In this document: positions 16,977-26,317 of the stretch, one piece after another | How the letters are laid out: every line of letters begins with the position of its first letter | Position numbering within the stretch: position 1 is the first letter of the stretch | UHGV virus genome: UHGV-0305798 | Length of the DNA stretch: 32,780 nt | Source: a virus | Strand: one strand, 5' to 3' | Notes under the pieces: generated by a model | The model's input: the letters and a program-made list of their open reading frames with translations, nothing else | The model's database searches: none | What the model was told of the DNA's origin: nothing | Translations under genes and position numbers: made by a program

Positions 16977-19723
16977 TGCCTGTTGTTCCTACTACATCCG
17001 GACGCCAGGTGCAAAGTCGTGGTGTGCAAACCGGTGGTTTTCAGACCTTCGATGTTCCTCAAGCAGGTCAGGTGCTGGCGAATGTCGCAGATCAGTATGC
17101 GGTGGCATATGGTGAAGCTAGGCAGAAAGCGAATGTTGCTATGGCCCAGGAGGCGTTACTGCAATTTAACCAATTTGCAGATGACCAGATTAACAACCCT
17201 GAAAATGGGCTGATTTCTAAACAGGGTAAAAACGCTCTTGGTCAGAGTGACGCTGTTATGAAAAATATGCAGGAAAGGGCTCAGGCATTATTAGGCTCAA
17301 TTCCTGAAAGTGAGGAAAGGAATAAATTATCCTTTCAACTCCAGCAGTCTATGCAGTCTTATTACAATCAGGCACGTCGATATGAAGTTGGGCAGTTTCA
17401 GCAATTCCAAGATCAAACGTATTTGTCAGGAAATGCATTGGCTGTCACTCAGTCTGCGGGGCTATATAGCGATAACCAAGCATTTGTCGATTTAGCCAAG
17501 CAGCGATTTGAATCTATTGATCAATACGCTGATGCGCATGGGCTTCCTGATGAGTGGCGTGTTCAGCAGAAAACTCAGCTCAAGGAACAAATGGGGCAGC
17601 AAGCATGGATAGGAAATATCGCTCAAAAATACAACGAGTTTCTTCAGGTTAATGGAGAGCCAGGGGATCTTGATGGTGTGAGTCGTGCAATATCACATGG
17701 TAATTCATTGGATGCTCGTGGTTTACGTAATAATAACCCTGGTAATATTGAAGCGAGCAAATCTAACCCGTGGGAAGGTCAGATCGGTAGTGATGGACGT
17801 TTTGCAACGTTTGCTACCCCTGAGCATGGAATCCGCGCGTTGGGTAAAAATATGTTGTCTTACCAGCGTCAAGGCTATGACACCGTTAGCGAGATTGTTA
17901 ATCGCTATGCTCCGGCTAGTGATGGTAATAATACTGATGCTTATATTAGGGCATTGTGTAGTGAGCTTGGTGTTGGGGAGAATGATCAGCTTGATATCTC
18001 TAACCCAAAGACACTAGCTGCTTTATGTGCTGGGATTATTAAACACGAAAATGGCAGTATGCCTTATAGCACCGAACAGCTTGAAACTGGTATCTCGGCA
18101 GCCCTTGGTCTAACTAACCTTGATTCACCTAAGCGTTATACGGGCAATGCGGCATTTGACGCTATGAGCCCTCAAATGCAAATACAGGCATTGAGGCAGG
18201 CTAATGAGCTGAGAAATCAGTACCGCCAGCAGTATGCGGACCAGCTTAGCACCGTAGTTAAAGATGCATATTCAGCCCTTGATGAAGGATTGAAACCTGA
18301 GAAGTTACCTTCTGAGGACGATTTTATCCGGGCCAATGGTCCGCGCATTGGCGCTATGAAGTGGAAGGATATGCAGGCGCAGATACAATATGGAGGTGTC
18401 ATTGGTGCCGCTAAAGACCTCACTCCAGAAGGACGACAAGACATTCTTGAACGTTTACGTCCACAGGATCCAAATGCTCCTGGATTTGCAGCTAACCAGC
18501 AACGCTGGGAGAAAATGCAGGCCAAATTTAAAGAGATGGATAGGGAGTGGGAGATTCAGCAGGGAAGAAACAGGTTCGTGTCTTCAATGCAAAATAACTT
18601 CCCGCTGGACCCTAACGACAAAAACAATCAGGCAGCGGTAGACCGTTATTTCGCGCAGGATATCGCGCCTTCGTTTTCCATATCTGATCCGCAGAGCATC
18701 AATACACTGGTCACCGTCACAACTAAAAGCGGCATGATACCAACTCAGGTTAAAACAATGCTTAACAGTGGAGCAACATCAAGAGATCCTGCGCTGGTTG
18801 TCCCGATGGCAAAATTCTACGGTCAGTTATTCGATAATAATCCGGCGGCAGCGGCAACACTTGATAAAAGTACGATGGCATTTTACGGCAAGGTTTACGA
18901 TTATTCCCGCGCTGGCGTGCCGGAGGATAAGGCTGTTGATATGGCTTACAGCCAGGTGTTCCAACAGGATGACCGAATGAAACAGATGCTTTCCACTGCC
19001 ATGCGAGACAAAAAATATGTCGCGGCGAGGGCAACTGCTGCACAAAATAACGCCAGCAGTCTGACTTCCTTTGGTTCGTGGTCTCCGGATATTACCGATC
19101 CAGGAAAATCAAATGCGGCCTATCAGCGAGATTACCAGACAATTTACGATGCTAACTTTGTACAGACAGGTGGCGATGCAGAACAGGCTGAGAAAATGAC
19201 CAATGCCATGATCAGAACCACCTGGGGAGTTTCTACAGTTAATGGCAAAGCAGAGGTTATGAAGTATGCACCTGAGGCATTGTACGGAGTAAATAATGGT
19301 GCTGGTAACTGGATACAGGGGCAGTGGGAGCAGGAAAAACGCGAGCTTAAATCAAAATCCTTTGGCGGTCCTCGCAGTGATACGGACTTAATACTTGTTT
19401 CTGATGGCCTTACGGCAAGGGATAGGAGTTATGCTGTTATGGTTTTACAGCCTGACGCAAACGGAGCGATAGAACCGAGAAATTATATTGGAGAAAATGG
19501 TCTCCCTGTTCGTTTCAAGCCGGATCAGCTGACATCTCCAATGTACAGGCAAACCATTCAGTTCCAGCAACAGCGTGTTGATGAGGCTAGAGTGCGGAGA
19601 GAAGGCAATCCGCTGCCGCAGTTCAGCAATAAAGATGGATATACTCCTCCAGATCTGACCAAACCATTCGGTTATGGTTCAGCCAATTACCTTCCGAGCA
19701 ATATATACGCAGGGGGCAAATAA
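16976..19723 (+). CDS. internal core protein C-like (gp15 position), 915 aa
   Basis: Large ORF in the gp15 slot with tight overlaps to neighbours; contains a distinctive block (RGLRNNNPGNIEASKSNPWEGQ...VNRYAP) that may be a catalytic or cell-wall-interacting domain. Confidence 0.6.
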   Translation: MPVVPTTSGRQVQSRGVQTGGFQTFDVPQAGQVLANVADQYAVAYGEARQKANVAMAQEALLQFNQFADDQINNPENGLISKQGKNALGQSDAVMKNMQERAQALLGSIPESEERNKLSFQLQQSMQSYYNQARRYEVGQFQQFQDQTYLSGNALAVTQSAGLYSDNQAFVDLAKQRFESIDQYADAHGLPDEWRVQQKTQLKEQMGQQAWIGNIAQKYNEFLQVNGEPGDLDGVSRAISHGNSLDARGLRNNNPGNIEASKSNPWEGQIGSDGRFATFATPEHGIRALGKNMLSYQRQGYDTVSEIVNRYAPASDGNNTDAYIRALCSELGVGENDQLDISNPKTLAALCAGIIKHENGSMPYSTEQLETGISAALGLTNLDSPKRYTGNAAFDAMSPQMQIQALRQANELRNQYRQQYADQLSTVVKDAYSALDEGLKPEKLPSEDDFIRANGPRIGAMKWKDMQAQIQYGGVIGAAKDLTPEGRQDILERLRPQDPNAPGFAANQQRWEKMQAKFKEMDREWEIQQGRNRFVSSMQNNFPLDPNDKNNQAAVDRYFAQDIAPSFSISDPQSINTLVTVTTKSGMIPTQVKTMLNSGATSRDPALVVPMAKFYGQLFDNNPAAAATLDKSTMAFYGKVYDYSRAGVPEDKAVDMAYSQVFQQDDRMKQMLSTAMRDKKYVAARATAAQNNASSLTSFGSWSPDITDPGKSNAAYQRDYQTIYDANFVQTGGDAEQAEKMTNAMIRTTWGVSTVNGKAEVMKYAPEALYGVNNGAGNWIQGQWEQEKRELKSKSFGGPRSDTDLILVSDGLTARDRSYAVMVLQPDANGAIEPRNYIGENGLPVRFKPDQLTSPMYRQTIQFQQQRVDEARVRREGNPLPQFSNKDGYTPPDLTKPFGYGSANYLPSNIYAGGK

Positions 19724-22700
19724 TGCCGATATATGAACAGGATCCTAAAGAGTTGCTTGGCGAGGATATTCAGCAAATAGCAGCACCTGATGACAGTAAT
19801 TTCTATATGGAAACACCTTCTTTGCTTTCTGCTGTGAACCCATTTACCAGTGAGCAACGCGTTCAAAGGTCTAGACAAGCAGCATTTCGTATAGATAACA
19901 CGCTGGGTAGCTTTATTGCCAGTGCTCCTTTCAGTCAGTTTGACAGGGTTGAAGGATATAACCCATTTGATAACGATGCAGCAGATATTAAAGGCTATGA
20001 AGATTTTGCAGATTCGTTTATCAACTCCGGTTCGCATGAAGAAACAATGGCAATTAAACATCGAATCGATAAGCAAAGAACAGATAGAGAATATCTATCT
20101 GAAATGGGTGGTGCTGGTACTATTTCAAGCTTAGCAATGGGAATGATAGACCCGGTTAATGTGGCTGCAATGTTCATCCCTGTAGGGGCGGTAGCGCGTG
20201 GAGGAAGTATTGCTGAGACGGCAGGGCGTTTTGCCCTGGCGAATGCTGCTGGTGGGGGAGTATCAGAAGCCGCATTACAGGCCACTCAGGAAGCTCGCTC
20301 ACCGATGGAGAGCGTATCGAACGTTGTTGTTGATGCTCTCGTTGGTGGGATCCTTGGTGCTGGTGCACAGCTACTTGCTGGACCTAGCGCGCGCGAGGCA
20401 GTGGTTAACTCAGTAGGTAATCATTTGCGAGGTATGGATTCTCCTCAAAGCATTGGTGCAGCTCAGGTTTTCAATACCACACTCGATCAGGAACAGCTCG
20501 CTGGACTTGGACTTGCTAACAAAACGTTGAGTGTCACTCCTGCTGGCCGCTTGGCGCAATCACCATCTCTTGTCTCCCGTCAGATTAACCAGCAGCTTGC
20601 CGAAAATAACTATTTCTTCGCCAAAAATGATGAGGGGTTGGCTACGTTTACGGCAGTCGAGACTAAGATTAAGCAATACGACGCCATGCTTTATAAGCAG
20701 ATGGAAGCTACTCGTGATGCTTACCAGCAGTACAGCAAATCTGTCAGCGCCCGCGGCGTGAAGAGGATGAACTTTATTGATTTCAATGAAGCTGTTGGCA
20801 TGGCTATGCGCCGTGGTGATCAGAGTGATATTCCTGAGGTTTCACAAGCAGCCGCCAGAATCCGCCCCATTTTTGAGACCACAAAAGCCCGTATGCAGGA
20901 ATTGGGGATCCTTCCTGAGGATATCGATGTCGTGACGGCGAAGAGTTATCTTCCCCGCATTTATAAGTTCGATAAGATACTTTCCGACCGCACTGAATTC
21001 AGAGGGCGAATTGCCAACTGGATACAAGGGATTAGTGCCAAAGGTGCTGACAAAGCAGGTCAGCGAATTGAAAAGATAAATTCATTGCTAAAAACTGCAG
21101 AGGAATCAGCACCGCGCGCTGATGCTCTCGCTAGTGAAATCGCTGAAGCGGAGAAATGGTCTGGTAAAAAAATTCTACTCATGGAAGAACTGGATAAACG
21201 AAATAAGCTTATATCTCAGGAGACTGACACACAGGCGCGTCTTACAAGAATAGAAAAAGAGTTGGCCGAGACTTCATCAGAAAAACTTCAGGCAAGAATG
21301 ATGAAAGAAAGCTCTGACCTTAAAACACGCCTTGATGATATAGCGCAGGCAAAGAGTGAGCTTCCTGTCTATCAGCGCCATATGGAGTTGCTGGATAATC
21401 CACGGAAATATCGTTCTGAGCTTCGCCGACTGCAAAAACGGGCAAATTCAACCACAAGGCTGAATGCAAGCCGCGAGCGAGCACTGAAGCAGATGGAGCC
21501 TCTATCCCGAGAGGAAGCAGAGGACGCTGCTGACGAGATCGTGAATAAAATAATAGGCGCACCTTCCGGGCTTGTACCAGCCGATATTATCCCAGAGAGA
21601 CTCGTTGGTCGGGCTGGTTTCACTAAAAGCAGAACGCTGCTTATTCCTGATGAGCGTATAGAAGATTTTCTTGAATCAGATGTTAACTACATCATGGAAA
21701 GTTATCTCCGGCAGGTGGCACCAGAAATTGAGCTGACTGCGCAGTTTGGCCGTAAAGATATGGGGGAGCAAATCCGTCAGGTTAGTGAGGAATATACCCG
21801 GCTAATAAAAGAGGCTAAAACACCTAAACGACGTGCAGTTCTTGAGAAGCAACGGGAGGCTGATATTAGGGATATTACGGCTATGCGTGATCGACTGCTT
21901 GGTACTTACGGTGCACCTCAAGATCCACGCAGTTTCTTTGTTCGTGCCGGGCGAGTTGCTAGGAATATTAACTTCCTCCGTTTGCTTGGTGGAATGACTG
22001 TCTCCGCTGCAACTGATCTGATGCGACCGATGATGCAGCATGGCCTGAGAAAATCTCTCGGACCAATGGTAAGCATGCTTAAAAATATGGACTCAGTAAA
22101 AATTGCAACCAGGGATTTGCGAGAAATGGCAGTTGGGCTTGATTATGTCCTGTCTACGCGTACAAAGGCTATAGCGGATCTTACTGACCCCTATAGCCGG
22201 AGAAGCGCCGCTGAGCGAGGTCTGAACTGGATGACGCAGAAATTCGGTAACTGGACGCTGATGAATCAGTGGAACAGCGCACTTAAATCATGGTCTGGGA
22301 TGATAGTGCAGTCGAGGATACTTGACGCGGCTCGCCAAGTTTCTGCTGGTGGCACGCTCTCCAAAAGTGAAATGCGGAAGATGGCACAGGTCGGCATCAA
22401 TGAAGATGTTCTGCGCCGAATCGGGGAGCAATTCGGGAAGCACGGAGAGGATATGGACGGGCTGTTAACCGGGCATAGTCATCTGTGGGATGACCGTTTC
22501 GCTAGAGAGATTTTCCAGTCTGCAGTGCTGAAAGATGTAGACTCAGTGATTGTAACGCCTGGCGTAGGTGATACACCGCTGTTTTTTAGTAAAGAAGGCT
22601 GGAAGATGATCACGCAGTTCAAAACGTTTATCTTCGCACAGCATAACAGGGTGCTGGTATCTGGTATCCAGCAGGGCGATGCTGCATTCTATCTTGGTGC

Positions 22701-23112
22701 GCTTGGCACGATTGCGCTTGGCTCAATGGTCTATATGATGAAACAGAAGTTAAGCGGTCGCGATATCGACTACAGCTGGAATAACCTTGTGAAAGAGGGG
22801 ATCGACCGGGGCGGAATGCTTGGCTGGCTCTCTGAGCCGCTGAATACCGTTGAGAACATAAGCGGCGGTAGGTTTGGTCTTGGCGCGATGTTTGGTGCGC
22901 CTCCGGTATCAAGGTTTCAGAGTCGTAATGCTATTGGTGCTTTACTTGGTCCTACCTTTGATCTTGGCGGTGATGCCGCGACGGTTGCAAATGGTGTACT
23001 TAACGGAGAATTTGACAGCCAGCAAACCCACGCTGTCCGTAAAATGCTACCTTTTCAGAATCTGTGGGCGATATCACCATTACTAAATAAAGTTGAAGAG
23101 CAGATGAAATAG
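19723..23112 (+). CDS. internal core/ejection protein D-like (gp16 position), 1129 aa
   Basis: Largest ORF in the module, in the gp16 slot; long charged coiled-coil centre and Gly/Ala-rich hydrophobic segments. No transglycosylase motif recognised. Confidence 0.6.
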   Translation: MPIYEQDPKELLGEDIQQIAAPDDSNFYMETPSLLSAVNPFTSEQRVQRSRQAAFRIDNTLGSFIASAPFSQFDRVEGYNPFDNDAADIKGYEDFADSFINSGSHEETMAIKHRIDKQRTDREYLSEMGGAGTISSLAMGMIDPVNVAAMFIPVGAVARGGSIAETAGRFALANAAGGGVSEAALQATQEARSPMESVSNVVVDALVGGILGAGAQLLAGPSAREAVVNSVGNHLRGMDSPQSIGAAQVFNTTLDQEQLAGLGLANKTLSVTPAGRLAQSPSLVSRQINQQLAENNYFFAKNDEGLATFTAVETKIKQYDAMLYKQMEATRDAYQQYSKSVSARGVKRMNFIDFNEAVGMAMRRGDQSDIPEVSQAAARIRPIFETTKARMQELGILPEDIDVVTAKSYLPRIYKFDKILSDRTEFRGRIANWIQGISAKGADKAGQRIEKINSLLKTAEESAPRADALASEIAEAEKWSGKKILLMEELDKRNKLISQETDTQARLTRIEKELAETSSEKLQARMMKESSDLKTRLDDIAQAKSELPVYQRHMELLDNPRKYRSELRRLQKRANSTTRLNASRERALKQMEPLSREEAEDAADEIVNKIIGAPSGLVPADIIPERLVGRAGFTKSRTLLIPDERIEDFLESDVNYIMESYLRQVAPEIELTAQFGRKDMGEQIRQVSEEYTRLIKEAKTPKRRAVLEKQREADIRDITAMRDRLLGTYGAPQDPRSFFVRAGRVARNINFLRLLGGMTVSAATDLMRPMMQHGLRKSLGPMVSMLKNMDSVKIATRDLREMAVGLDYVLSTRTKAIADLTDPYSRRSAAERGLNWMTQKFGNWTLMNQWNSALKSWSGMIVQSRILDAARQVSAGGTLSKSEMRKMAQVGINEDVLRRIGEQFGKHGEDMDGLLTGHSHLWDDRFAREIFQSAVLKDVDSVIVTPGVGDTPLFFSKEGWKMITQFKTFIFAQHNRVLVSGIQQGDAAFYLGALGTIALGSMVYMMKQKLSGRDIDYSWNNLVKEGIDRGGMLGWLSEPLNTVENISGGRFGLGAMFGAPPVSRFQSRNAIGALLGPTFDLGGDAATVANGVLNGEFDSQQTHAVRKMLPFQNLWAISPLLNKVEEQMK

Positions 23113-23113
23113 G

Positions 23114-23965
23114 ATGAAAAAAATAAATTTGTTTTTTGGCATAGTGCTTTCAATAGTCTCTGTAAATCCTACAGCTGCCAGTTCATTGCAATGCAATAAG
23201 GATAACTTTGATGCATGCAAAACGTGCGAACAATTATCAAAGGCTATCGACTTAAAAGAACCTAATCGTGGCGATTACTATAGAGGGGCTTTATGGAATG
23301 GGCTTTACGCCTCTTATGTAATTAATTGCCCTGTGGTTGCAGAGAAGTTACTGAGCCATGGTGCTATACCATCATATGGCGGATATATGGGGTCTATGGG
23401 GGCGGTTCTGACAGGAAAATGGCCTCATAACAATGAATCAATAAATCTTTCATGGGCAGATTTGCTTATAAAACATGGATTTGATGTTAATAGGCATACG
23501 GGGAATTATAAATCAGCTACTGAAGTATGGGCTATAGATAAAAAACAGATTGAATATAAGTCAGTTTTTGACAAGTTAATTCAATCCAGCGAAGTAAAAC
23601 CACTCGATCCTTCAAGAAATTTAGAATGGTGTGCGTCTGAAGGGTATCGCTCAGTTGTCGTTTATTCCCTTAACTCATGTATAGAAAATGCTATAAAACG
23701 TTTGGATGACGGTGTTTCTTCAGCGTCTGATATTTCATCAGCAGCCGTAAATTCCTGTACTAGCGATGTAGAAAATTTCAATAAGCATTTGGCATGCAAA
23801 GCAGCTGTTAAAGAAAACTCTGATAAAGAGAGAAGCAACGTTTACCAGTTATTAACCAGTGATAGTCAAATGAATAAAAATGTTATTGATATGCTGAAGG
23901 AAAGAAATATTGAAACGGTTCTTGAATTTAGAGCTGAAAATCGATCAGCGAAAACTGCACAGTGA
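23114..23965 (+). CDS. AT-rich secreted protein (283 aa), accessory gene
   Basis: Sec-type signal peptide (MKKINLFFGIVLSIVSVNPTAAS), several Cys, and visibly lower GC than flanking genes (by eye); followed by a strong terminator. Confidence 0.6.
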   Translation: MKKINLFFGIVLSIVSVNPTAASSLQCNKDNFDACKTCEQLSKAIDLKEPNRGDYYRGALWNGLYASYVINCPVVAEKLLSHGAIPSYGGYMGSMGAVLTGKWPHNNESINLSWADLLIKHGFDVNRHTGNYKSATEVWAIDKKQIEYKSVFDKLIQSSEVKPLDPSRNLEWCASEGYRSVVVYSLNSCIENAIKRLDDGVSSASDISSAAVNSCTSDVENFNKHLACKAAVKENSDKERSNVYQLLTSDSQMNKNVIDMLKERNIETVLEFRAENRSAKTAQ

Positions 23966-23971
23966 TCAAAC

Positions 23972-23997
23972 AGGCCGCTTTCGCGGCCTTGTTTTTA
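23972..23997 (+). terminator. rho-independent terminator after the secreted-protein gene
   Basis: GGCCGC-tttc-GCGGCC hairpin followed by TGTTTTT. Confidence 0.55.
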
Positions 23998-24156
23998 ACG
24001 AATGCCACCGCCGCCCGGACGGGAATCCGCAGAACGCCCACCGCAGCGGGAGCCGTCAGCGGCAGTATCGCTGTCGTGCTGACAACGACCGGCAAAGGCC
24101 TGAGTTGAAGCTACCAGAGACAACAAAACGAACAGTGCAGCAAATGCTTTTTTCAT
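23995..24156 (-). CDS. small secreted peptide (53 aa), putative
   Basis: Minus-strand ATG at 24156 gives MKKAFAALFVLLSLVASTQAFA (signal peptide) then a Gly/Arg/Asp-rich mature region with two Cys. Weak RBS; the longer ORF-track start looks spurious. Confidence 0.35.
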   Translation of the reverse strand: MKKAFAALFVLLSLVASTQAFAGRCQHDSDTAADGSRCGGRSADSRPGGGGIR

Positions 24157-24228
24157 TGTGAAATTTCCATCTATAAGCCACCTCAATGTGGCGTCAATGA
24201 GTGTAGCACTGACTTTTGTTTCGTCCAC

Positions 24229-24249
24229 AAAAAAGCCCGCGCTGCGGGC
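24229..24249 (-). terminator. rho-independent terminator (minus strand) after the 210-aa gene
   Basis: Minus-strand GCCCGC-agc-GCGGGC followed by TTTTTT, 5 bp past the stop codon. Confidence 0.5.
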
Positions 24250-24254
24250 TTCTA

Positions 24255-24887
24255 TTAATGCAGTTTATCTTTGCTTATAACCAGTAGTCTGTGGGTATGC
24301 ACATCTTTATCACTGCCCCAACAGAAATCAGCCCACTGGCTATAGAAATCATCCCATGATGTCATGAAGCTAAGAGGTCTATCTTCTTCAGAGCCATCTG
24401 AAACGTATACATTATATCCTGGGGTGTTTATAGCCCAAGAAATCATTCTTTCCCAGAATCTTCTCCCATCGATTGTTTGTTGCTCATCAGATACAACGAT
24501 CGCATATTGCTCTAGGAAGAACTGAAAAAAAATCTGAGGCAAACCATGAACAGCACGGTCATGAATAACATTAGGCGTACGCCATACCATGATCTGCGTA
24601 CATGTTCTTTTGGCTTCGACGATATCTTCCCGAAAGATTAACTTAACCGCATACACCGTTTCTGGAGTATCGCTGGTAGTAATCATTCTGTAATGATCGC
24701 CATTACAAGATTTTACAAGGCGATAACCATAAGGTGTTGTGAATCCCGGAAGAACGAAATCAACCACACCTTTCGCTAAGTAGCTTTCGGTGTGACTAGT
24801 GTTCTTCTCAGACATGTTCAGTTTTCTATCGAAATCTGCTTCTGGGATAATGTATGGCATCGCTTTTCTTGTTGTATTTGTTCTCAT
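24255..24887 (-). CDS. hypothetical protein (210 aa), reverse-strand accessory gene
   Basis: ATG at 24887 preceded by GGGAGG at 5 nt; own terminator downstream and palindromic site upstream; AT-rich by eye; no family recognised. Confidence 0.6.
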   Translation of the reverse strand: MRTNTTRKAMPYIIPEADFDRKLNMSEKNTSHTESYLAKGVVDFVLPGFTTPYGYRLVKSCNGDHYRMITTSDTPETVYAVKLIFREDIVEAKRTCTQIMVWRTPNVIHDRAVHGLPQIFFQFFLEQYAIVVSDEQQTIDGRRFWERMISWAINTPGYNVYVSDGSEEDRPLSFMTSWDDFYSQWADFCWGSDKDVHTHRLLVISKDKLH

Positions 24888-24946
24888 TTCGTCCTCCCAT
24901 GTTTGGCTACAGGACGCGTTTTGAAGGGAAGATTAAAAATGCTTTC

Positions 24947-24961
24947 TTACCCTTGAGGTAA
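24947..24961. promoter_or_regulatory. palindromic site TTACC-CTTGA-GGTAA (copy C)
   Basis: Read directly; about 60 bp upstream of the 210-aa gene start. Confidence 0.4.
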
Positions 24962-24997
24962 TAGTACGCTATTCACCCCCAGTCTGCAATCTGTACA

Positions 24998-25025
24998 GAA
25001 TTATTTAAAGGCACATCCCTGTGCC
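24998..25025 (-). terminator. possible terminator (minus strand) after antirepressor gene
   Basis: Minus-strand GGCAC-agggat-GTGCC followed by TTTAAATAATT; moderate. Confidence 0.35.
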
Positions 25026-25033
25026 GCCGCCCG

Positions 25034-25726
25034 TCAGAAGAACCCTGCCTTGTCGTTGATGTACTCCGCGTGGGTCTGGATATCACGCAGGCATTTGCTC
25101 ACACCAACGATGTAGCAGAACATGGTGGTCAGCTCCGCCGCCGCGCCCGATACGTCGTGCCCGTCTTCCTGTAACTGGTTCAGCAGATTCATCAGCAGTG
25201 AGTTCTCCGTCAGGCCGAGAACACCAGACGGAGAATGAATCAGGCTGCGGTAGCCGGGCTTCAGCGGGGCGCTGTAGGTTTTGTTCTCTATCTTCATTGC
25301 CTGCATCACTGCTGATGCTGTGGCGTTTGCAACCTGGTCGGCAACCATCTTTATGCGTTCTTCCTGCGGGAGCGAGTTTTTAATGTAACTTCCGGTGCGG
25401 CGGATCTGAGGAAGAACCTCACCTGTAACCCATTCAAGAAATCTGAATGCTCTCGTTCCCTCAGTCATTGCCTCTTTGCAACGCAGAATAAGGATGTAGA
25501 GACCTGATTCTGAAACGATGGATAGTTCTTGTATTCCACCAGGGGTCTGTATTGAATACAGCCCCTTTTTGTTCCAGCCTTTTTTATCAAGTTTTCTCGC
25601 TTGTGTAACATCAATATTCAAAGCATTGCACACATCTTTGGTGACAAACCAAGGTTCTCCGTCAATCATGAACATACGGATCTGGCAGGATGACTCAAAG
25701 GAAAAGATGGAAGGTTTGGTATTCAT
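25034..25726 (-). CDS. Bro-N domain antirepressor-like protein
   Basis: N-terminus (MNTKPSIFSFESSCQIRMFMIDGEPWFVTKDVCNALNI) matches the BRO-N signature of phage antirepressors; start at 25726 after AAAGGTGA (the ORF-track start 25771 adds 15 aa). C-terminal 70 aa are paralogous to the small gene at 26040..26297. Confidence 0.75.
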   Translation of the reverse strand: MNTKPSIFSFESSCQIRMFMIDGEPWFVTKDVCNALNIDVTQARKLDKKGWNKKGLYSIQTPGGIQELSIVSESGLYILILRCKEAMTEGTRAFRFLEWVTGEVLPQIRRTGSYIKNSLPQEERIKMVADQVANATASAVMQAMKIENKTYSAPLKPGYRSLIHSPSGVLGLTENSLLMNLLNQLQEDGHDVSGAAAELTTMFCYIVGVSKCLRDIQTHAEYINDKAGFF

Positions 25727-25880
25727 GGCGATCACCTTTGTAGTTAGGTTAATCACCACCGCTGAGACCAATCAGATGGTGGTGAACTGTGCAGAGTTGG
25801 TCTTACCGGCTACAAAGGAACCCGGCGCACCTTTCGGTGCCCCCACACAGCCCACCATAGAATAGGTGCGCTTTACACAT

Positions 25881-25906
25881 AAAAAAACCGCTTATGCGGC
25901 ATATGT
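25881..25906 (-). terminator. possible terminator (minus strand) downstream of the small LexA-box gene
   Basis: Minus-strand GCCGC-ataa-GCGGU followed by seven U; short stem, so moderate. Confidence 0.35.
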
Positions 25907-25993
25907 GCCTCTGTAGTAATCCGGGAGACCAATCCCGGCACTGGATTTTGCCAGTGCCCGATTACTATGGCACAAGAGGAGTGCGATGTAAAT

Positions 25994-26008
25994 TTACCGC
26001 AAAGGTAA
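25994..26008. promoter_or_regulatory. palindromic site TTACC-GCAAA-GGTAA (copy D)
   Basis: Read directly; extended palindrome ATTTACC-GCAAA-GGTAAAT; lies between the antirepressor and the small paralogous gene. Confidence 0.4.
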
Positions 26009-26039
26009 ATATAAGCACTCCATTTGGTAATTGCAAACC

Positions 26040-26297
26040 TTATCTGGTTTGTTTTCGTAATTGTTCGGCACAATAGTCGAGATGTGTTTGCAGATCCTGC
26101 ATAGACATCTGTGAGCTGGTGACGTAGTTAATCAGTGCAGTCAGTTCGGCAAGTGGGCCATCGACATTAAATCCATCCTTATCGAGATCCCGGAGTAATT
26201 TCATCAAGTGCGATCCCTCCACCAGTGACCTGACGCCTCCCGGCGTGTGAATCCTTTCGGTAAATCCGTCTTCCAGTGGATAGTGATACTGCTGCAT
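26040..26297 (-). CDS. small antirepressor-like protein (Tum-like, about 85 aa)
   Basis: About 40% identical by eye to the C-terminal domain of the adjacent antirepressor (shared IH-P-GV, AELT, DxQTHxxY motifs). ATG at 26297 has GGAG at 9 nt; alternative ATG at 26312. A LexA box lies immediately upstream. Confidence 0.6.
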   Translation of the reverse strand: MQQYHYPLEDGFTERIHTPGGVRSLVEGSHLMKLLRDLDKDGFNVDGPLAELTALINYVTSSQMSMQDLQTHLDYCAEQLRKQTR

Positions 26298-26317
26298 CTT
26301 AATCTTCTCCATGCAAT

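Noticed and set aside
24962-24990. Possible second LexA box near CTGTACAG at about 24,981
   Set aside because: The sequence does not fit CTGT-N8-ACAG; it is only a short palindrome.
25920-25960. Possible tRNA-like element between the antirepressor genes
   Set aside because: The hairpins have no 7-nt T-loop, no acceptor/anticodon arrangement and no CCA context; reported as plain stem-loops instead.
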